Positions 13,031-26,199 of a DNA stretch of 64,000 nt are shown here, one piece after another (position 1 is the stretch's first letter; every line of letters starts with the position of its first letter). Under the pieces are notes generated by a model. It made no database searches and was not told where the DNA came from. It saw nothing but the letters and a program-made list of their open reading frames with translations. The DNA is taken from the NCBI RefSeq assembly GCF_006345805.1, contig NC_043005.1:80786001-80850000 (forward strand), in the 5' to 3' direction. The translations under genes and the position numbers were made by a program. This DNA comes from Octopus sinensis. Taxonomy: Eukaryota.

Positions 13031-13964
13031 TTGTTAGAATTGTAATCAGTGCCTCTATAATTCTGTTTTGTTTTTCAAGGTAGGGTATTGTCTTTACGGA
13101 AACCTCATTCTACTTCTGGGTAGAAATTTTCCATATTAATCAAGCCTCTATATTTTGACCTGTCCAACATGAAAAACCCTATGAAAAGTGGGCGTCCGCT
13201 GGCAAAGCTCTTAGGCGCACCACGACAAGGAGTGGATTTTGTGGTGGATGCATATTGATAGTAATATTCTAATATGTATAACCGCCATCAAGCCTATCCT
13301 AACTCAACCATAGCCATTGTAAAGTGCCGTTTCATATGATGAATTGTGCATTTCTAAATTTACATTCGCGATCTAGTACATTTATGTCTCGCTAATTTCA
13401 AAGAGTTACCTATATCCAACATTCCAAGACTGAAGTATCTAGGCGGTACAAGATGGGTTAGTTTGTGCATTGTACAGTTTCTAGTCATTCTGGTTATTAT
13501 AAGGCATTCATAATATCTCAATCGATGTGGTTACTCTCATTTAGCTGTTCTACCGTGTCCTAAACTCAACCTTTTCCCTCACGTCGCCTACTTTCATACT
13601 ATATGATAGCAGACGAAGAGTGGGTTAATGGGTCATGCAACTCCAACCAGGTTTTCACAACAGCAAGGCTTCTCTGAAGAATTGAGGTGACATCACAGTA
13701 TAGAGACCGACTGACAGCTAAATTTTCAAAGATCTTTCAGGTTCTGTCATTTTCTGCGTTCTGAATGTAATTGAACTCAGTGGCAAGAAAAATATTTCTT
13801 TATCTTCATTAGTTAATTTGTATAATCACTGAACAATATACGGATAATTTTAATCCAGCGCAAAAGAGGGTCAGAGATAAAATGTTTTTAATCACTTCAG
13901 CTTGCTCTTTCATTGACAGTTCAACATTATAATACATCAGTGCTCCGCAAATTTTTTTCACTTG

Positions 13965-14320
13965 AAATAGGTATTTTGTCTGCCGCTTCGTTCTGAGTTC
14001 AAATTCAACAAAGGTCGACTTTGCCTTGCATCCCTTCGGGGTCGATAAATTAAGTACCAGTTGCGTAATAGGGTCGATGTAATCTAGTAGACTCCTCCCT
14101 CGAAAGTTCAGGCTTTGTGCCTATAGTAGAAAGGATTTTTGTTTTAAAGGCTGCAAGATGGCAGAATCGTTAGCACGCCGGGCGAAATGCTTAGCAGTAT
14201 TTGTTTTCATACTTTCAGGTTCGATGAATTAAGTAATAATCAAGTACTGGGGTCGATGTAATCGACTATTCTCATCCCCGCAAATTCGAGGCCTTGTGCC
14301 GATAGGGGAAATGATTATAA
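13965..14320 (+). mobile_element. Two degenerate S5 SINE copies
   Basis: S5 core motifs at about 14000-14080 and 14150-14270. Confidence 0.65.
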
Positions 14321-14840
14321 TCAGGTTACACTACAGCACACCTTGCATCGTAGCACACCACTGTACCAAGGCATACTGGTTGCTTAGCACAGCAATAACT
14401 CACAAAGTCCAGTTTAAACAAAACGGTATAAACGTAATTTCAAAGTTAAGAAAGATTCTGTTATCCACGTGATATGCTATATACAAGTCTGATATATGCA
14501 TGATACGGAAAGGTAAATATAAGAGCAGTTTCAAACACGTGGTGTGTCCTGGTGGTCAGTTATTTTATGGAAGGCAATTATTTCTATATATTATTTGACA
14601 GCATACGAAGTCTGAAATTTAAAATCAAGGAACAGGGAAGAGAATACATAGGGTATTTATATTTCTAATTCACTTTTTGTTCTTATTAATTACATACTAC
14701 TTAAAATTTGTAATCTTCGATATTATGTAGACCACCATTTCATTCTTATTAGAAATTTTCAGTATAATATAATCCGGGATGAGTTAAATTAAACACAAGG
14801 AAACATTTTACGAAGCGAGACATTAATTGAAGATGGAAAT

Positions 14841-14909
14841 TCAGAAGACATATAGATTGTCTGCATCTTTCTTCTTTTCCTTCTTGTTCTCCATTGATCG
14901 GTAGTAACT
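14841..14909 (-). CDS. Candidate terminal coding exon of an unidentified host gene (SYYRSMENKKEKKKDADNLYVF*)
   Basis: Long polypyrimidine tract ending TTTATTCCAG on the reverse strand (AG at 14911-14910), followed by a phase-0 open frame of 22 codons and TGA. The protein was not recognised. Confidence 0.3.
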   Translation of the reverse strand, partial: SYYRSMENKKEKKKDADNLYVF

Positions 14910-15588
14910 CTGGAATAAAGAGAGGGGATAAAGAGAATGAGTGAGTGAAAGAGAGAGAAGGAGAGATAGAGAGAAGGAGGAGGAGGTGGAGGAGGAGGAG
15001 AAGCAGAAAGAGAAAGTTCCTTGAAAAACATAAGTATAAATTGCTGATAAATATTGATTATTTTAAGCATGGAAGACTATGAATATATTTTGGAGCAAGT
15101 GGGAACACAACCATTTAAAGCAGGTATATTTAATTTAGGGGTAATCCAGTATTTATAGATTGCTCTTTATATTAGGTATTCCGTACTGTGTTTTGAATTT
15201 CTTGGACAAGTACCTAACTTGGAATATTGGTAAGGATTGTTTCGCATCTTCTATTATCATTCTTGAAGTCCCCCTAAGATGCTTGAGATTGCTCTTTCCA
15301 GGAACCACGACTTTTAAACATCGATCTCATCTTAGTTGAGTTGCATATTCTTTTATTATTTACTTGTTTCAGCTATTTGACTGCTGCCATGCTAGGGTAC
15401 CGCCTTAACAAGTTTGGTCGAACAAATCAAGCCCAATATTTATTTTTAAGTTTGGTACTTATTTTACTAGATACTTTTGTGAACCCCTGGATTACGCGAA
15501 TGTAAACTAACCCACCACAGTTGTTAGCAGTGCGGGGACAAACATTAAGATACATACATATTACATACATACATGTATATATAATGTA

Positions 15589-15628
<40 letters not shown>

Positions 15629-15899
15629 CATGCAGAAAGTAAACAGACGCGTTTAATTTTCAAAATTTCTGATCTAAGCGTCTTAATATGTTATCAGTGG
15701 TGTAGAATTTACAACGTAATTATTCTTTTTCATTACAGGTGCCATCATATTAAATATTCGCGAAGAGTAACCATACCACGCACAAAAAATTCAGCAGAAC
15801 TGTCAACAGCAATGGTCGTTCTGAGCTGATCGAATGTGTTGAGGCCATAAACTCTGAAAAATACATCTAAATACATAAGAAAGGACTAATTCCAATGTA

Positions 15900-16346
15900 T
15901 CCACACGATAACATAACGAAAAATGAGTTTTTATTCATGGAAGATGGGGCTCCATACCACACAGCGAAAAGGAATCAACAATGATTGACTAAAAATTGAT
16001 CAAAAAGTTTCCTTGGCCGAGCCAATCTCTTGACATGAACCCAATTGCAAATCTTTGGAGCATACTAGATAGAGCTATGCGAAAATCTCGACAGAAACCT
16101 AAATATAAAGACGACTTGTTTCGCTTATTGCGTGAAAAGTGGGCAGAAATTCCACAAGAGACAATCACAAAGCTCATCAGTTCATGCCAAAAAGGGTTTC
16201 CCAATTAAAAACTGCAAAGGGAATGTCAGCTAAATACTGAAGTATGAAGTCCTACCTATTGATTCCATTTCAATTGTTCGCTTTGCGTATTAAATAACAG
16301 ATTCTGAAAATTAAAGGTGTCTATTTACTTCCTGAATATCTGTATA
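15900..16346 (+). mobile_element. Tc1-like (DD34E) transposase relic, 3' part with right end
   Basis: FMEDGAPYH...WPSQSLDMNPIANLWSILDR...LREKWAEIPQETITKLISS matches the Tc1 QDNAPxH / WPxQSPDLNPIENLW motifs. Ends ...CTG|TA. Confidence 0.8.
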
Positions 16347-16432
16347 TATATATATATATATATGTAGGTCCCGGGTTGATTCGGGGTTAACCACAGTAAA
16401 TAAGGTACTCAATACATAGCAGAGTAAAATTA

Positions 16433-16522
16433 ATTTATTATATAGAAGGAGCTTCTACAGGACTAGAACTGTTTCATTCAAGAATGAAACAGTTCTAGTC
16501 CTGTAGAAGCTCCTTCTATATA

Positions 16523-16528
<6 letters not shown>
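16433..16528. repeat. Perfect 47-bp palindrome with 2-nt spacer
   Basis: 16433-16479 is the exact reverse complement of 16482-16528. Confidence 0.95.
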
Positions 16529-16562
<34 letters not shown>

Positions 16563-17659
16563 TATATATATTTATAAGACCGTCTTCCACACAGTCTTTG
16601 TCTACCAAATTCATTAACGAGCCTGAAGCTATAGATTGAGACACTTGTCCAAGATGCTGCGGAGTGGGACTGAACTGGAAACCATGTAGTTACAATACAA
16701 ATGTCTCAACTACTCAGCCACGCTTACGCCTAGTTCTAGAATATTGATTCAAATCAACTTTTAATGAAAAATCGTTATCTTAAGAAAAAAGGAGCACATT
16801 AGATCAGTTTGCCAGAAGAAGGACAAGGTAACCTCGATCTCAGTGTTTCTGAATATCGGTTCGTTCGGTTGATGTTGAGCTGAGACTAAACAATAACAAT
16901 TACCCAATCGCTGAAACCTCACTAACAGTACAATCAATATGAATAGGATTCGAACGCAAAGCAGAGGGAAGAAAGCTAATGGGATAAAACATCAATGCAC
17001 GATTCTTTCTCTATAGACTTGATGGCCTCAAGCAATATTTAGCAATCGTCAGTGATTGTATTATGAGGAACAAAACACTGACTGTTTTAATGTATTTAGT
17101 CCAATCCAAAGCCCTACCGTATTATAGTTCAACAGATAACGCCATAGGAAACTTGGCAACATAATAACAAAACGAACACGAAATTGAATAACGGTTTATT
17201 CTATAATCATTTATATACAGCTGGGAAGTGAAAATTTATCGACGTTTTCTCTGATGGAAGTTGACCTCTTTGTAATATAACGTCAGCACACTTGTAAAGA
17301 CTTTCAGCTTGTTGTTTTTCACCAACCGAAATTCTATCATCATGTCTATCATCGTAAATTTATTCCTAGAGTGACGATTGAATAGTGTCGTCTGAGATAA
17401 GTAGTCTGGTCTTAGCAGTCTCTTCTTAGCAGACTCCCTGTTAGCTTAACCTTTTCAGTGCTTTAGGGCAAAAATAATAAGGAGACGAGATAATCAATAG
17501 AAACTTATGGCTTGTGGGAAATCTACAAAATATATTTATCGAATGAACAAACAGTGAAAAGTGTAACAGTTCAATAGTCAATAGCTTATACAATATTTGA
17601 ATTATATTTCTCTTCTGATTGACTTTTTTGTGCATCGTATTTATTATAAAACTGATAAC

Positions 17660-17673
17660 AATTATTATATTTA

Positions 17674-17754
<81 letters not shown>

Positions 17755-17778
17755 GTTGTTATTATTATTATTATTATT
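17660..17778. repeat. (TTA)n array flanking the 3' end of a Dong-like LINE
   Basis: Direct reading. Confidence 0.95.
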
Positions 17779-20700
17779 CTATGTTTGACTTTTGCTTTAT
17801 ATTTGTACAAGTTGGCTCCAAGTCTCACCCAGAGACCTCAAGAGACAACAGGGTTGGAAGTTCATGCTGTTGTTATGCCTTGTGTGCCATATATTTTGGG
17901 GGTGGGGGTGTTGTACTAATGAATGTCTAAACAAAAGTTTTTTTTTTTTTTTTTTTTTTAAACCGAAAATTATGTTTGTTTTAAACCTTGAGATTACATA
18001 GAAAGTATTTTGCGTAGGATATGAGCAGTTCCCATGAGCACTATCTTTTGAATTTCTGCCATTTTGGGGTTTCCTGGTATCTGAGTTAGGTAGCTATCAG
18101 CCCCTTTTGCTATCATTCCCAGGGCACCTATGACAACAGGTATTGTTTTAGTCTTCAGCTTCCACATTTTGCTGATTTCTATTTCAAGATCTTTATATTT
18201 GCTCAGTTTTTGGTAGGTCTTGACAGATGCGTTTATATCGATTGGGACAGTCATATCAATGAGGAGGCATGTTCTTTGTTTGAAGTCTTTTAATATGATG
18301 TCTGGCCTATTTGCATCTATCTTTCTGTCAGTTTGAATGGTGAAGTTCCAGAGGAGTGAGATGTGGTCATTTTCAAGCACTGGGGGTGGTTTGTGTTCCC
18401 ACCAGTTTTTTTCATGGGGCAAATCCAGGTTTTTACAGATTACCCAGTGAATATATTGTGCAGCTCTATCGTGCCTGTTGAGATACTCTGTAGGCGCTAG
18501 AAGACTGCACTTGGAGACCACATGGTCAATGGTTTCATTTTGTTGCTTGCATACACGATATGTTGGACTGCTTCTGATCTTTAATATGTTGGCCTGGTAG
18601 ATTCTTGTTGGTAGGCATTGATCTTGAGCTGCTATGATAAACCCCTCTGTTTCAGATTTTAAGCTAGAGGCCATTAGCCATTGATGGGTCAGGGCATTGT
18701 CAACATCTGCATTATTTGCTCTCTTTGGGTATTTGCCATAGAGAGGTTTTTCTTGCCATTTATCATTCAGAATATCTAAGGCCGCAGATTTAGCACGGGT
18801 TTTCATGCGCTTAGCTTTTTCTGTGCCTGTTTCTTGTATGTCTATCTCTAATTCCGAAATTTGTCGTATTCGGAATTCACTTAGATATTCCTTTGCCTGT
18901 TTTGTTACTGAGTATGATGCTTTCTTGTTTTCATGTTTTGAGACAAGTTTTAACATCCAGTCCTCAGAGTTTTTCAGGTAGGTGTCTAGGCCAATTGTAG
19001 CAATCTTCATTGTTATTGCCAGTTGTAAAAGTCCACGGCCTCCCTCTTTTCTTGGCAGATAAAGTCGTTCTGTATCTGCCTTAGGGTGGTGCATTCTATG
19101 CATTGTCAACAGTTTTCGTATTTTTCTGTCAAGATTACATATTTCAGTAATTGACCAGTTAACGATATTGAAACTGTAAGTCACGACTGGTATGGCTAAT
19201 GCATTGATCGCTTCGATCCTGTTTCTCGCATTCAGCTCTGTCTTGAGTATTGCTCTTACTCTGCGATAGCATTCTCTCCTGATCCTTTCCTTCATCTCTG
19301 AATGCCTTATTTCTTCTCCTTCAATTACCCCTAGATACTTGCAGTTCTCTGCTGGGTCTAATTCTTTTATGACATTCTGCTGGTCATGGTTAACGTTAGA
19401 TGTTTCTGTCATTTTTCCTTTGATAAAGGTAGCTTTTGCGCATTTATCGAGGCCAAATTGCATTCTGATGTCATCACTGAATTGTTTGACAATCGCTAGT
19501 AAGCCCTTGAGTTGTTGGTCATTTTTTGCAAAGAGCTTTAAATCATCCATGTAAATGAGATGATTTATATTTTTATCAAACATTTTATACCCGTACTGCG
19601 CGTCATTGAGCAGTTTTGAGAGAGGTATTAAGGCTAAACAGAAGAGGAGCGGTGATAGTGAGTCACCCTGGAAAATGCCACATGAAATTTTTACATCACC
19701 AGCATTTAGAGATTCATTGTCACTGTTCAAAGTTAGTGTGGTTCTCCATGATCTCATTCTTACAGACAAAAAGTTTCGCAGAGCAGGTGCTATCTTATAC
19801 ATTTCTAGGCATTTATTAATCCAGATATGTGGTAGGCTATCAAAAGCCTTTTTATAGTCTATCCAGGCTATTGATAAGTTTTTGTGTCGTTTGTGACAAT
19901 CTTCTAAGATCATCTTATTGATGAGTAGTTGATCTTTACAACCGTAGGATCCACGTTTACATCCTTTCTGTTCATTAGGGAATATGCTGCTGTCTGTCAA
20001 AAAACTATAGGTATATTCCGTCAGGACAGATGTTAGTGTTTTATACATAGTTGTTAAGCAGGTTATGGGTCTATAGTTTTTGGGTTCATTTGTTTCTTCA
20101 CTTTTTGGAAGCAGGAATGTTAACCCATTAACTAGCCAAGGAGGCATCCTACTAGGGTGTTGCAAGACATCATTGTAAAGTTCTGCTAGCAGTTCATGGC
20201 TCTCTGGGAAGGTATTCAACCAAAAGTTAGGGATTTTATCCTTTCCTGGAGACTTCCATTTGCTTGACCTCCTGAGAGCAGATCTTATATCTTCTACCTT
20301 AACACCCTCCCACTTTTGCTCTTCTAAGGAGTCCAGTTCTTTAGATATTCTATCAATCCAGGGGGCCTTTTCGCTGTGTGTTTTTTCTTCTGCCCAAATT
20401 TTATTCCAAAATCCCTGCACTTCTTCTTTTGATGGTACAGACTTTACAGTAACTGTTGTTTTTCCTATCTTCCTGTAAAAATTTTTGGGGTTATTTTTGA
20501 ACATGTTGTTGTCCCTGAAGAATCTAATACGCTTTTCATACCTCGCTATGCGGGCAGCTTTAGCAGATACCTTTTGCTTGATGGTTTCTATGGTGGCATC
20601 AATATCAAGTATAGTTTCCATATTATATTTTTTCATTAGTTTTGGGGTTTAGTCTTATGAACCTTAAGGTTTTTCAAATATTCAATGTCAGATCTAAATA

Positions 20701-21830
20701 GTTTAATTTGTTGTTGCAAACGCTCTTGCCAAGAAGGCTTTTTGTGGAAATGTTGCCGTTTTCTAATCTTTTCACCACATAGGATCGTTGAGATTTTCGC
20801 GGATGCATAGTATAGGTGGTTGAGATCTGTGATATCAACATCATTAGCTGAAATTATATCCTTAAGTGCAAGCCGGATTTTACCAATTATTTTCATGTTT
20901 TGGTTAGATTTGCGTATTTTAGGGAGTGTATCACGTTCATCCATACTGGTTTCTTTAATTTTCAGCCATTCAATCATGATTTGACTTTTTAGCTCATATA
21001 GTTCTGTCGGGTCAATATTTGTGTGACTTTCTTCATCTATTTGATGTTCATCTGTCTTAGTGTTTATATTTGGTTCAGGGAGTATTTCACTTTGCCTACC
21101 ACTTATACTAACTCTGTCAATCCTTACTTCGTTTTTATTAGCTCTGAGCTGGTCTATAATTATTTCCTCTGTATTATCTTCTTTAGCTGCAGCTTCGTTC
21201 ATTCTATCCGTTACTGCTTGTTTAATTTGATCAATCTCTACTTCAGTCAGTAATTTTTTTTATAATGTTTCTTCTGACGTTGGCAAGTTTGTTACTGTCT
21301 ATGTAGGGTCTTACTTCAGGGTGTTTCTGTCTCCAGTTTATGTAGGTTTGTATAGTGTTCGATTTATCTGTGGGGAAATATATGGCATGATAGAAGGCTG
21401 CAAGAACTTCTTTATTATCTTCCCTAGTCCATTTTTCCTTCTTTTTCTTTTGAGTGTTTGGTGACGAGCATGGATGGCCATCTGTTGGAATATTCCAGTT
21501 GCGGGGTACGTCCAGCTCCTGTGTGTCGGGAAGATTTGATCCAGTAGCTGATTTTTCAATCAGACTTTGGTTCAATTTTCGGGTACGTGGTCTTTTGTAG
21601 TCCGCTCGTCGACCATCGCGGATTGTAGGTTGATTTGTTGACATTGAAGCATGACGAGCTTCGACTCTTACATTAAGAGACGGATCTGTCAGTTTAGGAT
21701 TTTCTGCACGTAAACATCGTTCGTAGCGCAGTTTCCTAAGGCTAGCAGATCTGTATTCGTCTGTATTTTTTTTGTTGATAGTTTTATCTCCGGGCATAGT
21801 TTTCCCTTCTTTTTATTTATTTATTCATTT
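17779..21830 (-). mobile_element. R4/Dong-clade non-LTR retrotransposon, near full length (copy 1)
   Basis: RT motifs (QGDSLSPLLF, YMDD) plus C-terminal Zn-knuckle, RHD and PD..D..K restriction-like endonuclease. The ~215-nt 3' UTR ends in (TAA)n. Confidence 0.9.
17994..21797 (-). CDS. RT-RLE polyprotein, split into 184/188/880-aa ORFs by two homopolymer frameshifts
   Basis: Removing one T from the 21254-21261 run and adding one at 20640-20643 gives a single 1267-aa ORF. The first Cys of the CCHC motif reads Tyr (TYRVC, 18558-18560). Confidence 0.8.
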
Positions 21831-21844
21831 ATTTCTTTAAACTT

Positions 21845-21995
21845 ATGAAAGGTTTACTCTGCCTTTACCTTTCATCCTTTCGGGGCCGACAAATCAAGTA
21901 CCAGTTACGCACTGGGGTCGATGTAATCGACTTAATCCGTTTGTCTGTCCTTGTTTGTCCCTTCTGTGTTTAGCCCCTCGTGGGTAGTAAAGAAA
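21845..21995 (+). mobile_element. 5'-truncated S5 SINE with type-A tail
   Basis: Core plus CTTAATCCGTTTGTCTGTCCTTGTTTGTCC...GTAGTAAAGAAA. Confidence 0.8.
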
Positions 21996-22123
21996 TTTGT
22001 ATTAGTTCGAAAAAATGAGAATAAAATACGAGAAAAAAAAAAGAAAAATAATAAACAAATATAAAATAAGAATTATCATCATCACTGTCATCACTGTCAT
22101 CATCATCTTCATCATCAATGACA

Positions 22124-22185
<62 letters not shown>

Positions 22186-22188
<3 letters not shown>

Positions 22189-23135
22189 TAGTATATTTTT
22201 TATATCGTGCTTTCACTTCACTACCGAGCACAGCTCTGTGTGCCTTGGGTATGTGCTGTGATTTGTTGTGATGCTCTGATGGTTATTGTATGGAAAGTGT
22301 TCTACGTAGGATGTGTGCAGTGCCAAGTAGTGCAATTTCCTGTATGTTATATGTGTTTGTAAGTACTGGTGTTTTTGTTATGTATTTGCCTGAATATTTT
22401 TTTATCATGCCTAATGCACCTATTATGATAGGAATTGTTTCTGTTTTTAGATTCCACATTCTGGTTACCTCTATTTCCAGGTCTTTGTATTTTGAAAGTT
22501 TCTCCATTTCTTTTAGAGACACGTTGACATCCGCTGGTATTGATACATCAATTAGAAAACATTTTTTTTCTTCATGATCTCTGACAACTATATCTGGTCT
22601 GTTGGCCTTAATTTCTCTATCTGTGTGTATTGGCATATCCCAGAGTATGGTTGCTTTCTCGTTTTCTGTGACCTTTTCTAGTGTGTGCCTATACCGTCTT
22701 TTTCCTGTTGTTATTCCATAATGTTGGCATAGTTACAGTGTATATAGGTCCCAACTCTGTCGTGTCTGTGAATATATTCCTTCTTAGCCAGGACTGGGCA
22801 GCCAGAGATAATATGATTTGTTGTTTCTTGTCCATCTCCACATATTCTGCAGTTACTTGTTATATTTCTTTTCATTACATGTTTTTGGTAATTTCTGGTG
22901 GGGAGGTTTTGGTCTTGTGCTGCAATTAAAAATCCTTCTGTCTCTGCTTTGAGTCCTGAGCTTCTCAACCATTGTTGGGATTTTCCTTTGTCTATTTCTT
23001 TTGCATTTAGTTTAGTCCAGTATTTACCATGAAGGGGCTTTTCTTGCCATCGTTTTTTCATGGTTCGTTGCTGTTCTATTTTTAGTTTGGATTTCATTTG
23101 TTTTATAGCTTTTGTTGTTTCTTCTTCTTCTTCTT

Positions 23136-23202
<67 letters not shown>

Positions 23203-24625
23203 TTTTTCTTCTTCATATTTGTTATGTGGTATGATTTCTTGTTTGTATTTGTCAGCTTCCTTAAATACTGAGAACAGTTTGTTGTTTTGCTCGTGTTTTG
23301 CCTCTATTTGTATCAGTTTTCCTTCCTTCTGAAGTAGATATTTTTGCAGTCCTATGGTGGTTATTTTATAGTAGTTTTCCAGCTGTATAAGGCCTCTACC
23401 ACCATCAATACGTTGTATATATAACCTTTCTATGTCAGATTTTTGGTGATGCATCCTAGATCCTGTCATTATTTTTCTTGTTTTCCTATCTATTTTGGTC
23501 AGTTCATTTAGTGTCCATTTAAGGATATTGTAGCTGTAACTTATAACTGGGACGGCTAAAGTGTTGATACCTATAATCTTGTTTTTAGTATTGAGCTCTG
23601 TTTTCAGTATTGATCTAACGCGTCTATAATATTCTTTTTTTATTTTCTCTTTCATTTGTGTGTGTTGTGTCTTATCTAGTTCATGGATTCCTAAGTATTT
23701 GTAAGTTTGGCTTTGGTCTAATTCTTTTATTTCATTGGTTTTATCTAGTATGATGTTGCTACTCTTAACTAGTTTTCCTCTTTTCAGGGTTACTTTGGCG
23801 CATTTCTCTAATCCAAATTTCATATCTATTTCTTTGGTAAATCCATGAACTGTCTTTAGTAGTGTTTCCAGCTGTTTGTCATTTGTAGCGTATAGTTTTA
23901 GGTCATCCATATATAAAAGGTGGCTGATCGTTTTGCCGTAACATTTATATCCGCATCCAGTTCTGTTTAGCATATCCGATCGAGGTGACAATGCCAAGCA
24001 GAAAAGGAGTGGAGAGAGCGTATCTCCCTGGAATATTCCTTTTCTAATGGGGATGGCTTTGGTTTTCACAAGTCCCTCTTTTGTTTGGAGCTGTAGCACT
24101 GTTTGCCATTTATTCATAGTGTCCTATATATTTTATAATTGTTGGTGCAACTTTGTTCATGGCTAGTGTTTCGAGGATCCATGTGTGGGGGATGCTATCA
24201 AACGCCTTTTTGTAGTCGATCCAGGCCATACTGAGGCCTTTCTTCTTTCTGTGGCTGTCTTCAGTTATGGCTTTATTGATCATTAGTTGATCTTTACAGC
24301 CATATGATCCTTTGCGGCATCCTTTCTGCTCTTCTGGAAACAGCTTGTTTTCGTCCAGGTGCTTGTTCAATCTTTGCGATATTACTGCAGTAAATGCTTT
24401 GTACATTGTAGGGAGACAGGTTATAGGTCTGTAGATTTCTGGTTTTGCTGGCTCATTTGATTTGGAAATTAAGATGGTTTTCCCCTTCGTGAGCCATTCA
24501 GGCATTGTCTCTGGCTCTGTTAGTATGTTGTTAAAGTTTTCAGCCAGCTTTTTGTGCATTCCTGTTAGATATTTCAACCAGAAGTTGGGGATCTTGTCAT
24601 GCCAAGGTGCCTTCCAGTTGCTTAA

Positions 24626-24656
<31 letters not shown>

Positions 24657-26090
24657 TATTATTATTATTCTTTTTCTTCTTCATATTTGTTATGTGGTAT
24701 GATTTCTTGTTTGTATTTGTCAGCTTCCTTAAATACTGAGAACAGTTTGTTGTTTTGCTCGTGTTTTGCCTCTATTTGTATCAGTTTTCCTTCCTTCTGA
24801 AGTAGATATTTTTGCAGTCCTATGGTGGTTATTTTATAGTAGTTTTCCAGCTGTATAAGGCCTCTACCACCATCAATACGTTGTATATATAACCTTTCTA
24901 TGTCAGATTTTTGGTGATGCATCCTAGATCCTGTCATTATTTTTCTTGTTTTCCTATCTATTTTGGTCAGTTCATTTAGTGTCCATTTAAGGATATTGTA
25001 GCTGTAACTTATAACTGGGACGGCTAAAGTGTTGATACCTATAATCTTGTTTTTAGTATTGAGCTCTGTTTTCAGTATTGATCTAACGCGTCTATAATAT
25101 TCTTTTTTTATTTTCTCTTTCATTTGTGTGTGTTGTGTCTTATCTAGTTCATGGATTCCTAAGTATTTGTAAGTTTGGCTTTGGTCTAATTCTTTTATTT
25201 CATTGGTTTTATCTAGTATGATGTTGCTACTCTTAACTAGTTTTCCTCTTTTCAGGGTTACTTTGGCGCATTTCTCTAATCCAAATTTCATATCTATTTC
25301 TTTGGTAAATCCATGAACTGTCTTTAGTAGTGTTTCCAGCTGTTTGTCATTTGTAGCGTATAGTTTTAGGTCATCCATATATAAAAGGTGGCTGATCGTT
25401 TTGCCGTAACATTTATATCCGCATCCAGTTCTGTTTAGCATATCCGATCGAGGTGACAATGCCAAGCAGAAAAGGAGTGGAGAGAGCGTATCTCCTGGAA
25501 TATTCCTTTTCTAATGGGGATGGCTTTGGTTTTCACAAGTCCCTCTTTTGTTTGGAGCTGTAGCACTGTTTGCCATTATTCATAGTGTCCTATATATTTT
25601 ATAATTGTTGGTGCAACTTTGTTCATGGCTAGTGTTTCGAGGATCCATGTGTGGGGGATGCTATCAAACGCCTTTTTGTAGTCGATCCAGGCCATACTGA
25701 GGCCTTTCTTCTTTCTGTGGCTGTCTTCAGTTATGGCTTTATTGATCATTAGTTGATCTTTACAGCCATATGATCCTTTGCGGCATCCTTTCTGCTCTTC
25801 TGGAAACAGCTTGTTTTCGTCCAGGTGCTTGTTCAATCTTTGCGATATTACTGCAGTAAATGCTTTGTACATTGTAGGGAGACAGGTTATAGGTCTGTAG
25901 ATTTCTGGTTTTGCTGGCTCATTTGATTTGGAAATTAAGATGGTTTTCCCCTTCGTGAGCCATTCAGGCATTGTCTCTGGCTCTGTTAGTATGTTGTTAA
26001 AGTTTTCAGCCAGCTTTTTGTGCATTCCTGTTAGATATTTCAACCAGAAGTTGGGGATCTTGTCATGCCAAGGTGCCTTCCAGTTGCTTA
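22186..26090 (-). mobile_element. R4/Dong-clade LINE (copy 2, different subfamily), 5'-truncated, degenerate, with internal tandem duplication
   Basis: RT (QGDTLSPLLF, YMDD) and RLE (CRICGDGQETTNHIISGC, RHD, RPDIVV...IDVSIP) fragments. Bounded by (TTA)n at 22128-22185 and 26091-26139. Confidence 0.9.
23201..26090 (-). repeat. Tandem duplication of a ~1.42-kb RT-containing unit (23201-24624 and 24669-26090), each unit bounded by (TTA)n
   Basis: Units have the same start and end. The differences I found are two single-base homopolymer indels. Confidence 0.9.
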
Positions 26091-26091
26091 A

Positions 26092-26140
<49 letters not shown>

Positions 26141-26199
26141 GACATCATCATGATCATCATCACCATTGTCATCGTCATCTCCCCCGCACCATAATTACC

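Noticed and set aside
19339-20478. Forward-strand ORFs inside the Dong element (and antisense ORFs within the Tx1 elements)
   Set aside because: Antisense shadows of the real reading frames with no recognisable motifs.
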